From: Candidatus Poribacteria bacterium
GTDB lineage: Bacteria > Poribacteria > WGA-4E > WGA-3G
Length of the DNA stretch: 64,000 bases
Assembly (NCBI GenBank): GCA_965197475.1
Contig: CBDANF010000003.1
Location: 320,001 to 384,000, forward strand
Reading direction: 5' to 3'
How positions within the stretch are numbered: position 1 is the first letter of the stretch; each line of letters starts with the position of its first letter. Below the pieces are notes generated by a model that did no database searches, was not told the origin of the DNA, and saw nothing but the letters and a program-made list of their open reading frames with translations. Below, piece by piece: positions 25,795 to 35,700 of this stretch. The translations under genes and the position numbers were made by a program.

Positions 25795-28700
25795 TTAATT
25801 TTTGCCTAAAATGCCCGCCAAGATAGCGCGCTGTAACCGAGTCGTCTTTGTCTTTTTGGTAATACGAACACTTGGATCCCTTGTCGTTGGTGGATTTTCG
25901 GAAACCCCACTCAGCGTGATAGGTAAGGTGAGTGTTTCATCATTCACTTCGATTGTTACCTGTAGTACGTCACCAGATTTCCACGTTTTAGCACTTTCAC
26001 GGAGGTCAGCAAATGTTTCAATTTTCATACCGTCAACAGAAATTAAACGCCAAGTTTCATTTTCTATACTCGCTTTTAGCACATCATAAACATAATCGGT
26101 TGTCGGCAATTCTTCGCTGTATTCTATCTGTACATCTAAACCTGCATAGTTGAAATATTCCGCAAGCGGTAGACGTTCTTTTCCTGTAACATAGGTTTTG
26201 AAGAAAGTATCAAAATCTTTACCGGCTACCTTATTTACGGTCCTAATGATATCGTGCTGTGTATACTCTATAGAATTATCAGAAAACTTTTGATACATCT
26301 GCTGCATTACGTGATTAAAATTTTTCCTATTTTTTGTAAGGTGGCGTATTTGTAAGTCTAATGATGCTGCAACAAGACTTCCTCCAGCGTTCAGAAGTCG
26401 AGCATCAGTAGAACCATCAACTACTGCCAATTTCCGTGGCACGGACAAATATAATTCGCAAGCACGTTCTAACCTTTCCAGAAATTTACTTTCAGATAGA
26501 TAGCCGAGACGGGACGAAGTAATTTCCGAATAGTAATTCGTGACTCCTATGCTGAACCAGCGTTCCTTTGCTGTAAATGGATTGAGTGCGGTGAGACCGT
26601 TCCAGATACGGAACACTTCATGACCGAGAAAAGGTGCCCACTCATGTTTTGTTGCGTCATCTAAAGTCCAATCCATTAAAATCCTGACACTGCGACCAGT
26701 CTTGTACCCGTGTATCCGTTTTCCGACTTTCTTCTCATAAGGATTTACGAAAAACATAAGGCGACCTTCCGGCTCTCCGTTAAAGACCTTTGAATAAGCA
26801 CATAGGAACTGTTCAAATGTGTCTTGCATTGTATTTTGATATGACTTAGGCCTGCCGCCGATAGCAAGCACTACTTCAGTCTTACCAGATTTTACCCGAG
26901 CCTCAGCGTGCTGCCCAATAAGCAGTGCAGAATTTGTTAACTCCTCCTGATCAGTGACAGTGAACCTATTGCTAGTGTCTCCGATGGGTTGCCAAGGTGT
27001 TGACACACGCCACCAGCTTTCAGGCAGTTTGAACTCTACTTCAATTTCATTAATTTGTTTACCGACAATGAAAAGCTCCTCACTTGTCCACTGAGTGGTA
27101 CCCAATCTGCTAAAAGGCAATATTCCCGGGGTCGTAGGCGTTTCCCACTTTCTATTATCATATCCTAATGAGATTTTGTAGCTTAATGTCAATGGAAATT
27201 TAATATCCTCGTCATGCGTATGTCTAGGAAATCTAAATTCCCATATACCCGTAGTGGACCAACTGCCGCTCGGTTTTCTACCGCGAGCATCTACTAAGGT
27301 TACGTCACGAATATAAGCACCAGAACCTTTGAGATGCAACAAGATTTTCTCATGCACTGGTTCTACTGGGGTTAAACCACAAATAACCGTCATAGTTTCA
27401 GGTGCATCTGCATTTGCAGATATAACATACGAAGCCTTTTTTAAAGCAGTTATCTGTTCGGGTTCCCTAATTTTCTGTTCCTTTCCATGTTCAACAACCT
27501 GAAATATCTCAATAAACCCTTTGGGATTATTATTATTCCATTTGTACGTCCAAGTTGTGCCGAGGTCCAAAGGAAGATATTCCTCACTTTTACTTGGCAC
27601 ATGAAACTTAGCCAATTCAGATTCTGTGACAACACCATTTGAATGTTCGTAGCGCGTTTTGACAATCCCAACACCTTTGGCAAACCACAGATAGCGCGTG
27701 CCGTTAACAAACGCATTCTCCTCCTCTGAGCCAGTAGTTGCACCTGTGAGTACAGTTTTCTGCTTAAGGCACTCTCGAAAAGTTCCGGCAGCGATCTTAA
27801 CCTGTTCAAAACCCTCTATAGTGATTTCCTCCAACGAACGATGAGCTCCGGGTTGCGTCCAAATCTTTCCTATATTTAAAGGAAAGCGAAGTAAGTCTGT
27901 TTCATGATAGGCAGTAATATTATCTAACAACGTATGTTTCAGAATCGAGGCAGAATTTGCACCTGACAGTCCGCGATCAACAGAACGTGTTAATGCCAAA
28001 GCACTATCAGTTTTTGCTATATTGAAAACCGCTTCTCTTAAATCTTCACCTTTTTCTGTAGCAACCTTGACATTGAGTGTGCGCCATACTTGAGCAGAGA
28101 ATTTATTATCTTTGCCACTGAGTTGAACTTTTTCAATAAAAGTCTCGTCAAAATAGTTATTATGCCATTTGTAGGTCCACATCGTGCCAGAGGTCAAAGG
28201 TAGGTATTCATTACTATTACCAGAAACCTTACGATCAATCAATTCCGCTTCAGTAATAATACCGTTAGAATGTTCATAACGCATCTTTACAAGTCCGACA
28301 CCTTTGGCAAACCACAGATAACGGATGCCGTTAACCAGAGCGTTTTTCACTTCTGCAAACGCAGGAGTACCTGCCAAGCCAACGTTATGCTTAGTGTTTG
28401 TAAAGACAGTTTTATGCTTGAGACAATTCGGAAAGATGCCAGCGGTAACCTTGACTGTTTCCGAATTTTCTATGGTTACCCGTGCCCGTAAATTCCTATC
28501 TGATGATTCTGTATTTTCCCATTCCCAAGTGCTACCTACAGATAAAGGAAACTTGAAAAGGGTTGGTCGGATATTTCCTTTCTTATCATACCGGTTCATT
28601 GTTCTAAGATTATTAAACAGCATACTCATAGAATCCGGGGTAGTTCCTATCTGTTGCGAGAATCTTGAGAGGGACACAGTCATAAATATATCTGTTTTTT

Positions 28701-28851
28701 TAATTTTATATGTCCCCTTTCCCAATCCTACACCGATATCAGACATTACTTCAACAGTTAAGTTGCGTTCAATTGTTTCAGTAGCACTGTCAATGGAGTT
28801 GCAAAAGGTTATCACTATAATCACACTTAAAATGGAAAATAACGATTTCAT
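25795..28851 (-). CDS. Secreted multidomain protein: two N-terminal repeats, M61-like peptidase domain (degenerate), PDZ-like remnant
   Basis: GAGGAG RBS. Duplicated FPL..G..W / AG.F..CLK.KT / RYLWFAKGVG.VK.RYEHSNG / EYLPL..GT.WTYKW. HEVFR, WFSIGVTNYY, GSLVAASLDLQIR. Confidence 0.75.
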   Translation of the reverse strand: MKSLFSILSVIIVITFCNSIDSATETIERNLTVEVMSDIGVGLGKGTYKIKKTDIFMTVSLSRFSQQIGTTPDSMSMLFNNLRTMNRYDKKGNIRPTLFKFPLSVGSTWEWENTESSDRNLRARVTIENSETVKVTAGIFPNCLKHKTVFTNTKHNVGLAGTPAFAEVKNALVNGIRYLWFAKGVGLVKMRYEHSNGIITEAELIDRKVSGNSNEYLPLTSGTMWTYKWHNNYFDETFIEKVQLSGKDNKFSAQVWRTLNVKVATEKGEDLREAVFNIAKTDSALALTRSVDRGLSGANSASILKHTLLDNITAYHETDLLRFPLNIGKIWTQPGAHRSLEEITIEGFEQVKIAAGTFRECLKQKTVLTGATTGSEEENAFVNGTRYLWFAKGVGIVKTRYEHSNGVVTESELAKFHVPSKSEEYLPLDLGTTWTYKWNNNNPKGFIEIFQVVEHGKEQKIREPEQITALKKASYVISANADAPETMTVICGLTPVEPVHEKILLHLKGSGAYIRDVTLVDARGRKPSGSWSTTGIWEFRFPRHTHDEDIKFPLTLSYKISLGYDNRKWETPTTPGILPFSRLGTTQWTSEELFIVGKQINEIEVEFKLPESWWRVSTPWQPIGDTSNRFTVTDQEELTNSALLIGQHAEARVKSGKTEVVLAIGGRPKSYQNTMQDTFEQFLCAYSKVFNGEPEGRLMFFVNPYEKKVGKRIHGYKTGRSVRILMDWTLDDATKHEWAPFLGHEVFRIWNGLTALNPFTAKERWFSIGVTNYYSEITSSRLGYLSESKFLERLERACELYLSVPRKLAVVDGSTDARLLNAGGSLVAASLDLQIRHLTKNRKNFNHVMQQMYQKFSDNSIEYTQHDIIRTVNKVAGKDFDTFFKTYVTGKERLPLAEYFNYAGLDVQIEYSEELPTTDYVYDVLKASIENETWRLISVDGMKIETFADLRESAKTWKSGDVLQVTIEVNDETLTLPITLSGVSENPPTTRDPSVRITKKTKTTRLQRAILAGILGKN

Positions 28852-28948
28852 TTCATTCTCCTCATCACAAAATGGTACATGGGAACGACATACACTAATC
28901 ACAACATGGCAGGGCACAGAGATCCTGCCCTACAATGTGCTTTCGCTA

Positions 28949-29920
28949 TTAGAAAGAGACACCCAACTTAACACTACGTTCAGGATGATTGTCCATCTCT
29001 ATGTATGCCTCAACCGAATCTTCAAATGGAATAACTGGGTCAACGATGTCTTCACAGTCAAACCTACCTTCCGCGAGCCATTTCCAGCAGGTGTTTACAA
29101 TACGTCTAAAATTCCAACGCGGATGGTCGCGGTTCGGATCGCTGTTGGCACGTGCGAAGATCAGGTTCGGAATGTTGAAATGTGCGACAGCACCCAGATC
29201 CAGTCCGCCTTTGCATTCCTTCGCCCAACCTGCAACGACAACCGTGCCTTCAAACGCTACACTCCGAATTGCATCGTCAAGTGCGTTGTAATTCGCGCTT
29301 GTTTCAATGGCAACGTCAAGCCCAAGTCCGCCAGTGGCTTCTTTCAGCACTTCACCGACATTGCATGTAGTCGGATCCAAGACGAGATCCGCACCTGTTT
29401 TCTCAGCGACAGCGCGGCGTCCTTCAATTGGGTCAACACAAGCGATGAAATCGGCACCCGCTTCCTTCGCGTACTGCTGGGTTACGAGTCCAATTGCACC
29501 AAGTCCAAAGACTGCAACACGATCACCGACACGCACTTGTCCATCGCGTATAGCGGATAATGCAAAGTGAGCAGGATCATAGCAGACTGCCTCTTTCCAT
29601 GTCATCCGTTCAGGCATTTTGAGGACACCACCTGCTCCCCATGTATGAGTCTCCTTGAGATGTCCGTGTCCAGCGACGCGCTCACCAATTTCGCAGTCCT
29701 CAACTTCTTCGCCGATTTCTATAATCTTCCCGACGCACATATTTCCGAGTCCCTGCGGAAATCCCGCGCCTCGGAGTCCGTAATACATTGTCATCTCAGT
29801 GCCGCGTTTCGGCGCGCCGAATTCGACTTGGACTCGGACACTGCCTTTTGGGACAGGTCCATCTTCATATTCTCTCAAAACGGGTTGCCGAGGTGCAACC
29901 GCCACTAATTCTTTTGGCAT
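28949..29920 (-). CDS. Zinc-binding alcohol dehydrogenase-like (MDR family) oxidoreductase
   Basis: GroES-like N-terminus (GTE, G.I.EIG..V.....GERV) and Rossmann VAVFGLGAIG; AGGAG RBS. Confidence 0.88.
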   Translation of the reverse strand: MPKELVAVAPRQPVLREYEDGPVPKGSVRVQVEFGAPKRGTEMTMYYGLRGAGFPQGLGNMCVGKIIEIGEEVEDCEIGERVAGHGHLKETHTWGAGGVLKMPERMTWKEAVCYDPAHFALSAIRDGQVRVGDRVAVFGLGAIGLVTQQYAKEAGADFIACVDPIEGRRAVAEKTGADLVLDPTTCNVGEVLKEATGGLGLDVAIETSANYNALDDAIRSVAFEGTVVVAGWAKECKGGLDLGAVAHFNIPNLIFARANSDPNRDHPRWNFRRIVNTCWKWLAEGRFDCEDIVDPVIPFEDSVEAYIEMDNHPERSVKLGVSF

Positions 29921-29982
29921 TTTTTTCTCCTTAAAAGTAGTAGGCACACGCTCTGTGCCGTAAACCGAAATCAGATTATTAA

Positions 29983-32478
29983 CTAATGCGGAATACCTAA
30001 TTGATGCATCCGACGGTGAATCGCCTTTCGTGCCTCTTGGAATGGACGAGAGAGGAATTCCAAATGATCATGTTCGCCGTGGTGATGCGTTACGGTACCG
30101 GGTTCATGATGACGTGCTGTCTGTCGAATATAGGACAACCCGCCTTCAATCAAGGTCAACATATAGTTTGCCGTTTCTGGATCAAACATCCACCATTCAC
30201 TACCGACAGCGATGTAAATTGGGGATGTATGAGCAATGATGCCGCGCCTCCACCCATCGTGATGCGGGACTGCCTGTGCATAGTTAGGTCCACCGCACCG
30301 CGCAGCTAACCACGAATGCTTATCAACATTCAGATTGGCTTTAAGACGTAACTGGTGCGATCCACTGCTTTCCTCTGTAGAGGCAACAACTTCTCCTGCT
30401 TGAACAATCTGCAAAGTATGGATAGGAAAAATAGAATTCGCGGAGGCTTCAACTTCTACAGTGCCACCGTTACCGGGCAGATTGATAGTGCTGCCTATCG
30501 GTTGTCCATCAGCGGTGAGTCGGATCATTGGACCACCACTAAGAAATGTGTTGCCAGCACTCATATATTTGCACCAGTTGTCATAGTTGGATTCCTCGTT
30601 TTCGGGAATGTGGACGTACGTTCTATAAACACCTACCGGAACATCGCTCGTCATCTTATCCGTGCCACCGACGAGTGGCAATTTATAGCCACAGTTGAGA
30701 TAACGATAGTATTCATTGTGTCCATACATCGCGTTTGTGAGGTATTCAACAGCATCAACACGTTCAGTTGCGATCAACGTTGCAGGTTCGCAATTCGGAT
30801 TAGGAATATGCGGTAAAACCACGGTGCCACCTTGTGCGTGACAAGCATCTGCCCAATGCGATAGCGTGACCTCCATGTTTCCACCGAGTTCTGCTTCGCC
30901 AGGTCCATCGGAACACCACGGCGCGACCTGCTTTTTCAACCCAAGCAGTGTCAGGTGTCCCAGCACATGCTGCCGATTTTCCTGCGTTGCATAGACAATA
31001 CTTTGCCCATCCGCAGAAACCGTAGGTCTTCCAATGAATTCCTCTGTATTTGTGAAGAGGTGTCCCCACTGCGAAAGGAGGAGATTGACTACCCCAAGGT
31101 CTTCACCTTGTGCTTCGGTATGTGCCCCTTGCGTAGAAAGGAAGTGGACGTGTGTATCACCACTGAAATAGCGATCGGCGTTCATATTGCACCACCGCTT
31201 AATCCGTAACGTCAACTCACGCTGTCCCGGTTTTATGTTCACAGTTGTTCGCAAAGGCGTATATTCAAATCCACGAGCAACATCCACGATGACATCACCA
31301 CGAGGCAGCCATCCCTGACAGGTGCCATCAATATAAGCATAACTAATCTGTCCCAACCGCACATCACCACCTATATCTATGTGCCATGTGCCCATGTTAG
31401 AGTTGACATGCGCGTGATGTCCGTGGGGAGCGTAAGGCACACCGTGCGGGGAGCGGAAGTGGACACGACACGGAACAGGTTTATTCGTGTCTTCATCTAT
31501 AACGGTGGTATGCACCCAGTTCCTGCCTGTGTCAATGACTTCCACCTTGACCCGTTCGTTCGGTTGGACAACTCTCTTTTTTTGGAGTTCACCCCAGTTG
31601 ACCGTGCCAAGCACTTCACCTCGGTTTTTAACCTCAACAGTAGCGGATGGTGTAGCGGATACCTCTACATACGCTGGACTGCTTTTGTTGTTTTGAAATT
31701 CTCCCCATCCTTTGAAATCGTCATTGATAAACTCTTCGGATGAGTTTTCTGGCAGTGGATAAGGATAGGTCGCAGTGCCGCGATCAACGTTGACTTCCAT
31801 GTCAAAAGGTTTGTCAGCATCTTCTGCTTGGGGGAGTGTGATTTTAACCTCACGGTTAGGACGTCGTGGGATTGGGTCCTCGTCAAGGTGACCAAGTGTG
31901 ATTGCTGCAACGATAAACTTACGTTCCTGTGGTCGAATTTCGATAGATGCTATTTCAACATCAGGATTGGGATTTTTCCAAATCCACAGATAATAGTTAC
32001 GTGGAACAGTTTGGGTAGCCTCTGTTTGCCGATTCCCTGCTGAACCCCACGGTCCTTGGTGACGTGCGATCAAACCTTCCTTTTGGTCAGGTATTGCAAT
32101 AAAGGTCTGTTGCCCCCAACCCTGCGGAATGCTGCCGATCTCAAAACGTTCACGAATTGGCACTTTCATCGAATGACCGTTAGCGTAGTAGAAAACATAG
32201 TCAGCGATGAGTTTTCCAATCGGTTCACCTTCATGGATGCGGGATTCAAGCAGCCGATGTGCGATGATAACCCGTTTTGGGGTTGCATTGACAGGAATTT
32301 GGATCGGATTTGTATTTACATCTTCACCGAAACCTAAGAAACATTTTTCACCTTCGGAAATATTGAAAGGAAGTCCGTGAAATGTTTGCGGACCGGTGTT
32401 TGGCGCAGCGTTCACACCGATAATTTCTGCGCCGACATTACACAACGTAGAAAGAGAAATAGGTTGATAGTCTTGCAT
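29983..32478 (-). CDS. CehA/McbA-family (PHP-like) metallohydrolase
   Basis: GDTHVH, QENR.HVLGH, H..GG....PH, YR.LNCG..LP..GGTD, AHTSPIY. Confidence 0.8.
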   Translation of the reverse strand: MQDYQPISLSTLCNVGAEIIGVNAAPNTGPQTFHGLPFNISEGEKCFLGFGEDVNTNPIQIPVNATPKRVIIAHRLLESRIHEGEPIGKLIADYVFYYANGHSMKVPIRERFEIGSIPQGWGQQTFIAIPDQKEGLIARHQGPWGSAGNRQTEATQTVPRNYYLWIWKNPNPDVEIASIEIRPQERKFIVAAITLGHLDEDPIPRRPNREVKITLPQAEDADKPFDMEVNVDRGTATYPYPLPENSSEEFINDDFKGWGEFQNNKSSPAYVEVSATPSATVEVKNRGEVLGTVNWGELQKKRVVQPNERVKVEVIDTGRNWVHTTVIDEDTNKPVPCRVHFRSPHGVPYAPHGHHAHVNSNMGTWHIDIGGDVRLGQISYAYIDGTCQGWLPRGDVIVDVARGFEYTPLRTTVNIKPGQRELTLRIKRWCNMNADRYFSGDTHVHFLSTQGAHTEAQGEDLGVVNLLLSQWGHLFTNTEEFIGRPTVSADGQSIVYATQENRQHVLGHLTLLGLKKQVAPWCSDGPGEAELGGNMEVTLSHWADACHAQGGTVVLPHIPNPNCEPATLIATERVDAVEYLTNAMYGHNEYYRYLNCGYKLPLVGGTDKMTSDVPVGVYRTYVHIPENEESNYDNWCKYMSAGNTFLSGGPMIRLTADGQPIGSTINLPGNGGTVEVEASANSIFPIHTLQIVQAGEVVASTEESSGSHQLRLKANLNVDKHSWLAARCGGPNYAQAVPHHDGWRRGIIAHTSPIYIAVGSEWWMFDPETANYMLTLIEGGLSYIRQTARHHEPGTVTHHHGEHDHLEFLSRPFQEARKAIHRRMHQLGIPH

Positions 32479-32766
32479 GATTTTCCTCAATTCGGATTAG
32501 TGGCAGATAAAGTAAAATCTAAAACATATTTATAATTCTATGGTTAGCGGGTTGTAGTCACGCAATTCATTGCACCTCTTTTTGAATTTTACTCAGCGAG
32601 TGTGTCTTCCAAATCTGCAATTTTTGATTCTTCTTTGTAAGTTTCTTTTCTGTAATTCGTAGTTTTAAGTGGTTATGTAAAAGTTCGCCTTCAACAAGCC
32701 TATATTCGCCACGGTCTGGCTTTTCAAGTTCCCCACGATCTACTAAAGATGCTAACACCTTGTTTA

Positions 32767-35700
32767 CTATTTCACTGTAGTAAGTACCAACGAGCCAGCT
32801 TTATCCGTTAACTCACCGCGTTCAATCATTTTATAAATTATGCCTTCAATTTCGTCTTGCATGTCCCAATTAACCTTTTTAAAACCAAATAACCTACAAG
32901 TTGCGTGAGGTAAATCGTCTTGTTCAATGCCGCAAGATTCCGATACAATCAACTTGATTGCCTCTTGTATTTCTTCAGGTGCAATAAGTTTAAACTTGCG
33001 TGAAGTATTTGGAAGTTCACTACGATCTCGCACAGTGATTTGTTCCTGCCCAGTCCAATATAGAAATGTCTCATATAGAGATGTCTCTTTGATCTGAATA
33101 CTTTCAGAACGAGCTGCTTGTGTTGCAGCAAATTTAACTGCGTTTTGAATACGATTGCCGATCCTTTTGAACCCTGCAGCATTGGCAATACGTTTTGCTA
33201 CTTCATTAATGTGCACTGGACTCTCAATTTCAACAACACGTTGAATCCAGTCCATCATCGTGCGGCACGGGACCGCATGTAAATCAAGCCCATTGGTAGA
33301 AATAGATAGTTCGGCAAGTTTATATTTTTTTGCTAAGGAATTGGGTTTCGGTTCCGTTATTGGATTAGCATTTGTATCAGCTTTTGCTTCTGGTTCCTCC
33401 TCACCCTCGTTGGAACCGTGAGCATTGTTTTCAGGAGTATTGCCATGAATGAAAGGGATATGCGCCTTAGCTGCTTCAATCGCTTCAGCTGTCTTTTTGA
33501 GTTCACGGTCTGGAAATCTAAACCAGTCGGTACTCCAAATACGATGGATACGCCAACCTAAGTCTTCAAGATGATTCTGTCTTATTCGGTCGCGGTCACG
33601 CGCTGATTGTGCCCTGTGGTATGTTGCTCCATCACATTCAATCCCTAATAAATAATGCCCTGGACGTTCCGGGTCCTTAGCCCCGAGATCAATAAAATAG
33701 CCCTCAATACCAATCTGATGGTCAATTTCATAGCCGCATCCACGTAAGGCATCTGCCACCTCTACCTCAAAAGGAGAGTCTGGTGATCTACCGATTAATT
33801 CTGGGATGTCAAGTTCGTCTGTCTGTGCATATTTCAAGTAACGTTTAAGTGCCACAACGCCAGATGGGTTAGTTGGTCCAGGATCAATGTCATCAGCTGT
33901 CAAATTGGTAAACACTTCACTACGTTGTTTTGCACGTGTAATCAATACATTCAATCGTCTTTCTCCCCCTTTTTTGTTAAGGGGACCGAAGTTCATCGTA
34001 ATCTTTCCATTAATATCGCGTCCATAACCAACACTAATGAAAATGACATCGCGCTCATCTCCTTGAACGTTTTCTAAATTTTTGATAAAAAACGGCTCTT
34101 CGGGATGAGCATTAAAGAACGTTTGTTCGGTTGATGAGTCCTCTCGACGTAAAAGTTCAAGTTGATCTTGTACCGCTTGCATTTGAGCAGTGCTAAACGT
34201 TGCTACGCCAAGTGTCAAATCAGGACGTGAATGTGCATGTTCCATCACTTTTTCTGCAACTATTTGGGCTTCTTTTAGATTGGTTCTACTGCCTCCACGG
34301 TCATAAGCAGTATCAGGTAGGTAATGATAAACTAATCCAACTTTTTCCCTCGCAGCATCCGGACTTGGAAAGATTATAAGTCTATTTTTGTAAAATACAT
34401 AGTTTGATACCGCAATCAACGAAGGATGTCTGCTACGATAGTGCCAACGTAACATGCGTTCTGGCGCGTTTTGAGCACTGAACAATCCCAAAATGCTCTC
34501 TGTATCACCTGGTAAGTCTTCTTCTGTGTCTTCGGTATCAGTATTGTCCCCTATGTGCTTATCAAAGAAAGAAGTCGGTGGAAGTTGTTTGCTATCACCA
34601 ACGACAACAGTTTGTTTGCCTCGAACAATTGCTCCGAAAGCATCAACAGGTTTTACTTGGCTTGCTTCGTCAAAAACTACCAAGTCGAAGTCAACACTAT
34701 TCGGTGGTAGGAACGTCGCTACTGAGAGCGGACTCATCATAAATATTGGCTTAATTGCTTGTATTGCATTTCCTGTCCTGGTCATAAGCTGACGAATTGG
34801 TAGATGCCGCCGCTTTTTTTGAAATTCCCGCTTGAGCAATCCTAATTGTCCACTGGACGCTTCGTACTGAGGTAGGTGTTTCCAATGTTCGTACGCTACT
34901 TTTACCTTATTGTATTCAAGTGATCTGTGGTCTAACTCCTTGAACCGTTCGACAATATGCTGATGGGTATCGCTACTAAAACCTGCAAGGACCGAGCGTT
35001 CCTGCATTGCTGTCTCAATTTTTGCGCTATACCACGCATGTTTGAGTATATCCGACAAACATTCGCCAGCATCTTGCCAGACATTTGCAACCTTCACAAT
35101 TTCAACGAAACCACTATCTGTTAACGCCTCAGCCCGGTGGTTATACGAAACCATATCCTGGAGACTGTCTGATTCAGTTTCCCAGCATTTGAAGATTTTT
35201 GCCTGTTCAGAAAATGTGAGATGTTTTAATCCATTATCCTTTCCAAAACGAGCTTTTTCGTCAAGTTGAATTTTATCAATCACAACTTGGAGGAGATTAG
35301 GATAGTTACTCTGGTGTTCCTCAACGGTTGCAAGTAGCCCCTTAAGTGTCTCCAAATTCGGATTTGATGCAAGGTATGCAACTAACACTTCTGGTAATTT
35401 GTCGTTTGCTACCGATTCGTGCAGAGCTGAAAGGTACTTGACGATTACTCGGAGTTGGTCCCAATCCGATGATTGCCCCTGCCAGTTTGTACCAAATAAT
35501 TCTTGCCCAATCTCCTGTATCTTTTTGAGATGAGGTAGTTCACGTTGCGCTTCAAGAATTGCATCAACAATACGGAGTTGTGCATCGTGGACTTTGGGCA
35601 GTTGTTGTGAACATAAGCCCGTAAGTTCACTACGGGCACGTCGATATTTTAGTGAAATTATGCGCCTCCACCTTTTATCTCCATAAGCCGCTATCATTTG

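Noticed and set aside
23773-29367. Possible DGR template/variable repeat pair
   Set aside because: Differences are not adenine-specific, are mostly synonymous, and no reverse transcriptase is present.
28325-29560. 411-aa plus-strand ORF
   Set aside because: Antisense shadow of the dehydrogenase and the M61-like gene; no recognisable motifs or RBS.
32567-32758. 63-aa ORF with a winged-helix-like phrase (LVDRGELEKPDRGEYRL)
   Set aside because: No clear RBS and a low-complexity tail; possibly a gene remnant, not supportable as a CDS.
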